From: Promethearchaeota archaeon
GTDB taxonomy: Archaea > Asgardarchaeota > Lokiarchaeia > Sigyniarchaeales > SOKP01
Length of the DNA: 57,156 nucleotides
Reading direction: 5' to 3'
Assembly: GCA_048940645.1 (NCBI GenBank)
Contig: JBHLOI010000018.1
Location: 1 to 57,156 of the forward strand
Shown: piece after piece, positions 30,193 to 38,384 of the stretch
How positions within the stretch are numbered: the stretch's first letter is position 1
Layout of the letters: each line of letters begins with the position of its first letter
Position numbers and translations under genes: made by a program
The notes under the pieces: model-generated
Seen by the model: only the letters and a program-made list of their open reading frames with translations
Databases searched by the model: none
What the model was told of the DNA's origin: nothing

Positions 30193-31146
30193 TTAAAGAC
30201 CTTTAAAGTGTGGAGTGTCCTTTATTCTTTTTCTTCCTCCACAATTTTCACAGGTGCTTCCATCTTCCATTTTTCCCTTACCGTTGCACACAGGACATCT
30301 AACTCTCCTATTGAATGCTGCAACACCTTCTTTAGAATCAAAACTTGCACTATTGATTCCAAATCCCAGTTGTTCCATTATCAGACCTAATTGTGGATAT
30401 CGGGTCCCAAATTTGACACACTTCTTTATAATAAATAACGCAGTTGTTGGAGCATCACCCAACCATTTTGCTTTTTCATGAACTAATTTTTCAAATTCTT
30501 CACCTGCAGGTGCCATCCAACTTACCAAACCCCAATCTAGCATTGTTTTTGAATCAAATTGTTCTCCAAAATAAGCTACACGCAAGGCCCTATTAAGTCC
30601 AATTCTAGCAGCTAGTCTAGTTATTCCTCCATTAGCAGGAAAAATTCCACGATGGATTTCTGGTGTCCCAAAAATTGCTCTATCACTTGCAATAACAACA
30701 TCACAGGCTAGAACTAATTCAAGTCCTCCACCCAAAGCAAAACCATCAACAGCAGCAATTAAAGGCTTAGAAAATTGCTCCATCTCATCATAATCTCGAT
30801 GTCTCGTTCTCATTGCCATACTCATATGCATAGGAACATTCATTTTTAATCTTGGATCCACCATAGCTGCGAGGTCTGCGCCCGCAGAAAAAGCAGGTTT
30901 TTTAGTAAAGTCCTTTGTACCTCTTAAAACCACAGCTCTGACTGACAGGTCGAGTTGCAGAATCCTAAGAGCTCTAGAGATTTCAGCAACAGTTTGTTCA
31001 GTTAAAGCATTTAGTCTATCAGGCCTATTAATCGAAATTACGGCATAATTTCCGTCGATTGTTCCTTTTCGAATTATATTTCCTTCATCATCTTTCAATG
31101 TTGGCCAATCAATTTTTATATGCTCAAATTTCGCTTCTTCCGTCAT
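30193..31146 (-). CDS. enoyl-CoA hydratase/isomerase (crotonase) with inserted C-terminal zinc finger
   Basis: INRPDRLNAL, FSAGADL, AAVDGFALGGGLELVLACD; CPVCNGKG...CENCGG near the C-terminus. Confidence 0.92.
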   Translation of the reverse strand: MTEEAKFEHIKIDWPTLKDDEGNIIRKGTIDGNYAVISINRPDRLNALTEQTVAEISRALRILQLDLSVRAVVLRGTKDFTKKPAFSAGADLAAMVDPRLKMNVPMHMSMAMRTRHRDYDEMEQFSKPLIAAVDGFALGGGLELVLACDVVIASDRAIFGTPEIHRGIFPANGGITRLAARIGLNRALRVAYFGEQFDSKTMLDWGLVSWMAPAGEEFEKLVHEKAKWLGDAPTTALFIIKKCVKFGTRYPQLGLIMEQLGFGINSASFDSKEGVAAFNRRVRCPVCNGKGKMEDGSTCENCGGRKRIKDTPHFKGL

Positions 31147-31349
31147 TTTAATAACCTTTTTTTAATCCGATTTTTTCTTATTTTAATCTAATTATATTCT
31201 AATTTAAAACAAATAGTTAAATAATTTTTAAAATTAAAAACTTTCAAATTTTAGTAATTCTAAAAAAATATTAAAAAGCAAAAAGATGTTAACTATGAGA
31301 TAAATTATATTGATAAAAAATTATAAAAAAAATTAAAGAATTAAGAAAA

Positions 31350-32546
31350 TTACTTTCTCATTTTAAGAAATTCTCCAGATTTCATCAAATCAATAGGTCG
31401 AAAATACTCTTTGCCAGTTTTATTTGCTAAGTCGTCTAAAACTTTAGCCCACTGCTCATAATTCTTTTTTCCAGCACCAAAAGGACCTGGAGCGTTCATA
31501 CCTGCCATGTTTGCATCATCAATAACTTTGAAACCACTTGATATACCTTCATCTAAGATACGACAACCTTCATTTAACATGATAGCAAAGATTGTATTTA
31601 AATCAAATATACCTGCTGGTTCGGCTTTTTTAATTTTCTCCATAATTGCATCTCTTCCTTGGCTCCAATCGTAAAATCCCTTTCCGGTTTTTGGACCTAA
31701 ATCTCCTTTTTCATATAATTCTTTTATAACCTTTCCAGGTTCAAAATCAGGGGAAAGAGTTTCTTTATAATAATTCATAATATGAAAGTTTGTGTCTATA
31801 CCAGTAAAATCTGTCAAAACGCAAGGTGGCATTGGCATTTTACCACCCGCATCAGCATCTAAACGTTCCCAAGGGATACCTCGTTTATCAGCTTCATCAA
31901 AAGCCCAGTGCAAATAGATAATAACTGGAGCATTCATTCGATTCACAATAAATCCTGGTCGATCTTTTAATACTGGAGCAATATATCTTTGACCCCTCAA
32001 ACATGGTAATTTGCCAGCAAGATCCATAGCAATATTAAATGTTTCATCAGAAGTATCTGCTCCTTTTATTACTTCAATACATCGCATTAAAGGAACTGGA
32101 TTGAAAAAATGCATACCACATACTCGATCTGGAGCACCAGAATCTTTAGCTATTTCTGTGATGCTCATAGTAGATGTATTTGAAGCAAAAATAATGTGAG
32201 AAGGGCCATTATCCATAGTTGTTTTACACACCTGCTTTTTGATATCCATTTTTTCTATAACAGCTTCTATTACAATATCAATATCCTTAACAGCAGAGGC
32301 AAGATCAATTGATTTCTTTAATCTTAACATAACATCGGATGCTGTTACGCCCTCTCCTAAAGCATTTTTTGATTCTAATTTTTTTAATCCTGCTTCTATT
32401 TTAGTAACGCCTTTATCGACGAATTCATCTTTTATATCTACTAGAGTAACATTATAGCCTGCCATTAAAGCAACTTGAGCAATTCCATGCCCCATTAAAC
32501 CGGCTCCTAAAACTAAAACATTTTTAACGTCCATTTTCAGTTTCAA
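31350..32546 (-). CDS. 3-hydroxyacyl-CoA dehydrogenase
   Basis: GAGLMGHGIA, ASNTST, GMHFFNPV, PGFIVNR, GPKTGKGFY. Confidence 0.95.
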   Translation of the reverse strand: MKLKMDVKNVLVLGAGLMGHGIAQVALMAGYNVTLVDIKDEFVDKGVTKIEAGLKKLESKNALGEGVTASDVMLRLKKSIDLASAVKDIDIVIEAVIEKMDIKKQVCKTTMDNGPSHIIFASNTSTMSITEIAKDSGAPDRVCGMHFFNPVPLMRCIEVIKGADTSDETFNIAMDLAGKLPCLRGQRYIAPVLKDRPGFIVNRMNAPVIIYLHWAFDEADKRGIPWERLDADAGGKMPMPPCVLTDFTGIDTNFHIMNYYKETLSPDFEPGKVIKELYEKGDLGPKTGKGFYDWSQGRDAIMEKIKKAEPAGIFDLNTIFAIMLNEGCRILDEGISSGFKVIDDANMAGMNAPGPFGAGKKNYEQWAKVLDDLANKTGKEYFRPIDLMKSGEFLKMRK

Positions 32547-32880
32547 TCTTCTTTAATATAATTTAAGATTAAGATTTTAATAAGTAATTAAATCTTATTT
32601 TTTTTATAACTTTTAACATTTTATTTATCTGAAAAGTTAACGTGATGATCTTTTTCTTTAGTAATTATATTATTTTCATTAAATTATTCAAATTTTGAGC
32701 TTTTTATTTAAAAGATCAAGGGGAGATCTAACTTTTATTTATAATAAAAATAACCCATTTAATTTCGAGTGATAATACATAGTATTTTATATCTTATTTT
32801 GTAGGTTTATAATAGAAAGAGTTACTGGGGTTTATTGTAATTATTTTAAAATTTTATAAAAAAAATTATTTATTTTTGGG

Positions 32881-34014
32881 GTGTTAAATATAAAAATCGG
32901 TAAAGTTTATGGAATAGAAATCAAATTACATATAAGTACATTATTGATAATTGGTTTAGTGGGATTTTATGCCGCAAATTTTTATGCTACGTTAGTTCCT
33001 ACCGTGTCTTTGATCGATTTACTATTGGTTGGAATAATTAATGGATTAATCATATTAATATCAATATTAGTTCATGAATTGGCTCATTCTATTGTAGCCC
33101 AAAGATATGGATTGAAAGTTAAAGAGATTGAACTATATTTATTTGGAGGAGCATCAAAGATAGAAGAAGAACCTAGAACTCCTAAAAGTGAAATAATCAT
33201 TTCTATCGTTGGACCACTCTCTAGCTTAATAATTGGAGGTTTATTATTAGTATTCTTGTATATTTTTCCACTTATTTTGCCTTTAGGAGTAGCTATAACT
33301 TTATTTTACTCTGGAATTTCTAATTTAGGGTTAGGGCTATTTAATCTATTGCCTGCGTTTCCAGTTGATGGTGGTAGAATCTTAAGAGCAACCCTGTGGG
33401 CTAAAAGTAAAAATTTAGTTTCTGCTACGAAAACTGCCTCAAGAGTTGGGAGTTTTTTTGCTTATGGACTTATGATTTATGGTTTTATACAATTCCTATT
33501 ATTCGGACTAAACGGGATATGGTTAATTCTTATTGGAACATTCCTAAATAATCAAACAAGACAATCGTATCTTCAGGTTTTAAATGAAGAATCTCTTTCA
33601 CACTTGAATGCTAAAGATATGATTAGTTTACCAAGATTAGAAATACCTTTCGATTTAACTTTATCAGAAGCAGTTAGTCAATATTTTATGCTGTATAAAA
33701 AAGATTATTTTCCGGTAATAAAAAACTCCTTAATTATTGGAATTATACATATTGATGACATTAAAAAAGTTCCCTTTGAACAAAGATCAGAAATTATTGT
33801 AGGATATAGGATGAGAAAATTGAAGGATTTTCCTTCTATTTATGATGATGATTCAGGAAAACAAGTTATGAAGAAATTTATACAAATGGAGACTAAACCG
33901 CAATTACTTATAGTAAAAGAACATGGAGACGATTTTATTTTAGGTTTGATTGGTAAAGATGATTTAGTATCGTCTCTAAGATTTTGTCAGTTAAATCCAG
34001 AAAAATGTAAATGA
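32881..34014 (+). CDS. site-2 protease (M50) with CBS domains
   Basis: HELAH, NLLPAFPVDGGRI, C-terminal CBS pair. Confidence 0.94.
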   Translation: MLNIKIGKVYGIEIKLHISTLLIIGLVGFYAANFYATLVPTVSLIDLLLVGIINGLIILISILVHELAHSIVAQRYGLKVKEIELYLFGGASKIEEEPRTPKSEIIISIVGPLSSLIIGGLLLVFLYIFPLILPLGVAITLFYSGISNLGLGLFNLLPAFPVDGGRILRATLWAKSKNLVSATKTASRVGSFFAYGLMIYGFIQFLLFGLNGIWLILIGTFLNNQTRQSYLQVLNEESLSHLNAKDMISLPRLEIPFDLTLSEAVSQYFMLYKKDYFPVIKNSLIIGIIHIDDIKKVPFEQRSEIIVGYRMRKLKDFPSIYDDDSGKQVMKKFIQMETKPQLLIVKEHGDDFILGLIGKDDLVSSLRFCQLNPEKCK

Positions 34015-34106
34015 TCTCTTTTTTTTCTTTAAAATTAAATTTGATTAGTTCTACTATATTATTAAAGAATCTAAAAAGGAAAATAGATTTACTATTAGTG
34101 GTATCT

Positions 34107-34718
34107 ATGCTCTTATATAATGTTGCTGAAAATGGCGCATTGAGAAAGACTTCCATAGTTAATTTTAATGATAGTAGTAGGGTATATCTCATTGATGAGG
34201 AAAAAATAATTTATTTATGGCAAGGAAACAAAGCATCTAAAAAGAAAAAGGACCTAAGTTTGAAAAGGGCACAATTATTGAACAAATCAAGAGATGATAC
34301 TGCTAAAATTCAGATAATTCAACAAAATAGTGAGTTTGGAGGATTTTTAGCAATTATGGATGCTTTAAAAGAAGGCCAAATCAAAACTGGAACCGTTAAA
34401 ACTCGTCCTGAATTAGAATTAGAAATAGATGATACTAAAGAACTTATTGAAGCAGGATTGGAACCAGATCTAATTGCTGAGATTAATTTAGCGGCTTATG
34501 AACTCGCTCAAAAAAATAAAGATTATAAATCTCTATGTAGAGATCTTGCTAAGCTTCAATTATCTATAACGAAGGGAGCAGAAAAACCACCTGAAAGCGA
34601 AATTAAAAATAAGACAGAAATAATTTTTAGATCATCCTCTACTTATGAAGAAGTTTGTTGGTTGATCTCGGAGTTAAAAATTTTATCAAGTAAAAATTAT
34701 TTTAAGAAAAAAGTTTAA
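34107..34718 (+). CDS. single gelsolin-like domain protein with C-terminal helical extension
   Basis: VYLIDEEKIIYLWQGNKASKKKK...IQIIQQNSEFGGFL is the gelsolin pattern; ATG at 34107 preferred. Confidence 0.75.
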   Translation: MLLYNVAENGALRKTSIVNFNDSSRVYLIDEEKIIYLWQGNKASKKKKDLSLKRAQLLNKSRDDTAKIQIIQQNSEFGGFLAIMDALKEGQIKTGTVKTRPELELEIDDTKELIEAGLEPDLIAEINLAAYELAQKNKDYKSLCRDLAKLQLSITKGAEKPPESEIKNKTEIIFRSSSTYEEVCWLISELKILSSKNYFKKKV

Positions 34719-34730
34719 TTAGAAAAGGTA

Positions 34731-35264
34731 TTACTTATTCAAGTTTTCTAATATCTTCTCAAATTCTTTATAATCTGGCAGTGTTTCAAGATAAATTGAA
34801 ATATTCCTAATGTTTACATTCCTCTCAAAAATATATTTTTTAATAGTTTTGAGGATAAGTTCAGCACAAGTTTGAGCATTGAAACCAATAACCTCTAAAG
34901 AAAGCGGAGGAAAACAGATTGACTTTATGTTTTCTTTTTGATCAGCTAATTTTAATGAATTCCAAATTGCTAAAATTAATTTCTTTTTATCATGACCAGA
35001 TCGAATATGTAATATAAATTTTGAAGTAAGATCTCCTCCAGATGTTATAACTACCTCTCCCATAGGAATATTTGATATTTTTTGCATTATTCGATTACAT
35101 TCAACTTGTACTTGTGATCCTGCTTTTCGTAATACTCTGCATCTTATTGTTCCAGAAGGTAAGAGCCGACTATTAGTAGGAATAACTATAGCATCGCATT
35201 CTGCGTTAACTATATCATTTACGGCGATCTCTATAGTTGTATCATTAAAGATTAGTTTATTCAT
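34731..35264 (-). CDS. macro domain (ADP-ribose-binding) protein, divergent
   Basis: DIVNAECDAIVIPTNSRL, VVITSGGDL, SICFPPLS. Confidence 0.85.
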   Translation of the reverse strand: MNKLIFNDTTIEIAVNDIVNAECDAIVIPTNSRLLPSGTIRCRVLRKAGSQVQVECNRIMQKISNIPMGEVVITSGGDLTSKFILHIRSGHDKKKLILAIWNSLKLADQKENIKSICFPPLSLEVIGFNAQTCAELILKTIKKYIFERNVNIRNISIYLETLPDYKEFEKILENLNK

Positions 35265-35383
35265 TAAATATCTAACTAAACAAGTGATATTTATATTTTT
35301 TTAGTATTTTTATATTGTTCAAACACCAAAAATGAGTGTTTTTACTAATTTGTTAAAAAAAATATATAGTGCTGGTTTTTTGC

Positions 35384-35902
35384 TTAAAACCCTGATTTAT
35401 TCATTTCTATTATTTTTTTTATCATTTTTTCAATATTGGTGTCTATAGTTTTAAGAACTTTCTTATAAATAGCATAACTCGTGTAATAAGGGTCAATAAT
35501 GTCTAAATCGCCTTTATTCTCATTAAATTCTTTCAATGTAAGAGTTTTTTTATCAATGTCGCTAATTTGGGGATAATTTCTGATGATATCGTTTGCTTGA
35601 GATTGTTCCATTGTTATTATTAAATCTTGTTTTTCTAATAGAGTTCTATTTAGAATCTTAGGCCTAAAATCTGAAGATTTTATCCCTTTTAGATCTAAAT
35701 ATTCTTTAGATTCTGGTTGCATATAGAAAAAAGCGTTAAAAAAGCCACAAGAATCAACATATAAATTAATATCATATTTTTTAGCATAATATTTAGCTAA
35801 ATACTCTGCTACCGGACTCCTTGCCGTGTTTATGGTTTTTTTGTGTTTTACAAATTAAAAATTTCCAGCACAGACAAAGAGTATATTTTTAATGTTAGCC
35901 AT
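35384..35902 (-). CDS. low-molecular-weight protein phosphatase/ArsC-family protein, split by a 33-nt insert (exons 35902-35863 and 35829-35384; 161 aa when joined)
   Basis: ATG 35902 gives MANIKNILFVCAGN, then an insert with in-frame TAA, then TARSPVAEY...DSCG...DLIITME...IIDPYY; removing the insert gives CAGNTARS. Confidence 0.85.
35830..35862 (-). other. candidate BHB-type (tRNA-endonuclease-spliced) mRNA intron, 33 nt
   Basis: mRNA reads GUG-CUGG-AA^A-UUUUU...AAAA-CCAU-AA^A-CAC: two AAA bulges around a 4-nt central helix, an exon-exon stem and an intron hairpin; the cuts restore frame and motif. Confidence 0.75.
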
Positions 35903-36014
35903 GAGTAATCGTGAAATAAAATGGAATTAAAGTTTTTTTAATATTTCTTACATAAATATTAAATTAATGGATATCTAAAAACATATTATATTCAATTATT
36001 GCTAAATCTCAAGG

Positions 36015-37646
36015 ATGTCAACATTTAAATTTAAAAGTAAGATTAGTAAAGTTGTTTTTGCAGATATTGCTCTTCCAAAAATTAGTTTTCTATATTTACT
36101 TCTTTCTTTTAGTTCTCTCGCTATAATAACAGAAGCATTGCTCTTCAAATACGCCTTTATAGTAGAGTATCAAGCAGCAATTAATTTAGAAGTATTTATT
36201 ATTTTATTCATAATTAGTATTAGCTTTTTAGTATCTGGAAGAGTAGTAGATTTTATAAAGAATAGAACCGCTTCATTTAATTATATTTTATTCTTAACCA
36301 TAATAGGATTGTTTTTAACGGTCTTCAGTGAGCTTATTGTGTATTACACTGGTTTATTCATTATCCTCCTTACTTTGCCTCTGCTAATTGTATTATGGTT
36401 CACAATTTTGGTCCATGAAACCAATATATTAAATCGAGGTCGTGTTACTGCCTTTTTAATAATCATTAGTTTTGTTATTGGAACCACGGGAGCATTTTTC
36501 GTACTTTTCGAGCCATTATACAACTATCTTTATATTTTAGAGGGTGTTATGTTAATCTTAATATGGATTTTATCTAAGAAATATAAATATCTTGAAACAG
36601 AAGAAAGGTTAAGATCTAAAAAAAAATATTTCAAAATAATCTTTGAAAAGCATTTCTTTCGTTATTCCTCAAGCTTTACAATCTTAAGTTTTATTTTAGG
36701 CAATCTATTAGCAACTCACGGATATGATATGGACTTATTAGTATTTTGTATAGCATCTTTTTTTTATTTAATTGCTGCTGGTTGGTTTTTAGATAATGTA
36801 GGTAGAAAAATCTCAATTGTTTTAGGAATATTATTATTGTCTTTTTTTCTAATATCGTCGGGATCTTTTATAGGTAGTGAATATATTTTCGGAATCCCGA
36901 AAAGGATATTTCTTGGAATACATTACGCATTTTCCATTACTCCATTATTATTAGCAATTTTTACAATATCTGGAGATTTCTCAATAGAAAGAGGAAATTT
37001 GAAGTTTAGGGGAAGAATTAATGGTTTATTTATGGGGCTTATGTTTTTAGGTATAATTATTGGCTTTGTTTTTACAAGATGGATAAGTGATCTACCCGGC
37101 GTGGATCTTTTTATACCAAATTTTTCAAGTTTAATAAATTCATTTGCTTTAGTTATTTTATTAGTGTGGATGATGTCAATGAAAGAATTTCTAGTCTCAA
37201 AGGAGAGAAATTGGGCATCGACGATAAAGATCCTTTATGTTTTTAACAATACAGGTGTGTGTTTCTATAGTTATAATTTTGAATCAAAAGATCAGAAACT
37301 ATATGCTAAAGAAGATGAATGTATGGATGAGGATTTAGTATCAAGTGCCTTAACAGGGGTTTTATCAATTTTATCCGAAATTACTCATAGTAAAAAGAAA
37401 TTGAGGAGAATAGAAAAAGATGATGATTATCTATATTTCAGTTATGGAAAGAATCACGTTGCTACTTTAATTTCATCAATGGATCTGCCTGTTTTAACTC
37501 GTAAACTCGATAATTTTTCAAAGGATTTTGAAGATAAGTTTGATGAAGATCTTAAACAATTTGTTGGTAATATGACACCCTTCGAATCGACCAAATATTT
37601 AATTAAGAAGAATTTTACTCAGAAATATGCATTTCTCACAGAATAA
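36015..37646 (+). CDS. MFS-like multi-TM protein fused to a C-terminal longin-like domain
   Basis: About 12 TM with MFS loop motifs (GRVVDFIKNR, GWFLDNVGRK); C-terminal LYVFNNTGVCFY...FEDKF...FVGNMTPF. Confidence 0.75.
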   Translation: MSTFKFKSKISKVVFADIALPKISFLYLLLSFSSLAIITEALLFKYAFIVEYQAAINLEVFIILFIISISFLVSGRVVDFIKNRTASFNYILFLTIIGLFLTVFSELIVYYTGLFIILLTLPLLIVLWFTILVHETNILNRGRVTAFLIIISFVIGTTGAFFVLFEPLYNYLYILEGVMLILIWILSKKYKYLETEERLRSKKKYFKIIFEKHFFRYSSSFTILSFILGNLLATHGYDMDLLVFCIASFFYLIAAGWFLDNVGRKISIVLGILLLSFFLISSGSFIGSEYIFGIPKRIFLGIHYAFSITPLLLAIFTISGDFSIERGNLKFRGRINGLFMGLMFLGIIIGFVFTRWISDLPGVDLFIPNFSSLINSFALVILLVWMMSMKEFLVSKERNWASTIKILYVFNNTGVCFYSYNFESKDQKLYAKEDECMDEDLVSSALTGVLSILSEITHSKKKLRRIEKDDDYLYFSYGKNHVATLISSMDLPVLTRKLDNFSKDFEDKFDEDLKQFVGNMTPFESTKYLIKKNFTQKYAFLTE

Positions 37647-37656
37647 AATCAAATTT

Positions 37657-38178
37657 TTATTCCTCTTCCTCGGAATTATTCATTTTTATAATTTTTTCAA
37701 TTACTTTGATTACTCCTTCTTCTATTCTTTGTAATACTTTGTTATATTCTATCTCATCCAAATAAAAAGGATCTTTAATTTCTAAATTTTCAGTTTCACC
37801 TGCAAATTCCATTAAAAGAAAAACTTTATTATTCAAATTCGCAATGTGCTTAAATTTTCTTTTTAATTTGTTAATATGCCATTTTCTTTCAAATCCTAAT
37901 ATAAGGTCTTGATTTTCAATTAAAACATCATCAACATCTTTTGCCTTAAAATCGCTTATATTAATTCCTTTTGAATTAAGATATTTCAGTGTTCCCTCTT
38001 GAGGTTCCTCATAATAATGATAAAGGCCAGCAGAATCAAACTGAATTCCTTTCAATTCATCTTTATATTTAGTTCTTTTTAGCCATTTTGCTAAATATTC
38101 AGCAAAAGGACTACGGCAAGTGTTTCCAGAGCATAAGAAAAGCACGTTATGGATTTTAGTCAATTTAGTCCTCATCAA
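37657..38178 (-). CDS. low-molecular-weight protein phosphatase/ArsC-family protein (intact paralogue)
   Basis: VLFLCSGNTCRSP, DSAG, IKDPF. Confidence 0.93.
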   Translation of the reverse strand: MMRTKLTKIHNVLFLCSGNTCRSPFAEYLAKWLKRTKYKDELKGIQFDSAGLYHYYEEPQEGTLKYLNSKGINISDFKAKDVDDVLIENQDLILGFERKWHINKLKRKFKHIANLNNKVFLLMEFAGETENLEIKDPFYLDEIEYNKVLQRIEEGVIKVIEKIIKMNNSEEEE

Positions 38179-38384
38179 AAGTTATTTTACTTAATATCTC
38201 CGTTTATTTTAAAAATATTATATATTTTATAATACATATACCCTACGCAATAAAAAGTAGAAATATTAAAAAAGATATCACTTTAAGAATAAATTATTAA
38301 TTCTCATTTGTATTTAGGATATTAATTTAAATATTAATATGAAAAAATAAATTCATTCAAATAATTGGGGATTGTAGGAATTTT

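Noticed and set aside
30208-34192. ORFs at 30208-30390, 30215-30481, 32011-32199, 32239-32457 and 33935-34192
   Set aside because: Antisense shadows of the crotonase, dehydrogenase, S2P and gelsolin genes
35384-35722. 112-aa ORF taken as the complete gene, or as a simple pseudogene
   Set aside because: It lacks the P-loop, which lies in frame upstream. The only lesion is a 33-nt insert with BHB geometry, so a spliced gene is the better explanation, though not proven
35855-35857. Stop-codon recoding (Sec/Pyl) in the phosphatase
   Set aside because: The codon is TAA, not TGA or TAG, and read-through would leave 11 extra residues inside the C-x5-R loop
35830-35862. Insert as a MITE or transposon footprint
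   Set aside because: Too short, no transposase in the window, only an AAA redundancy at the ends, and the pairing extends into both exons as expected for a splice motif
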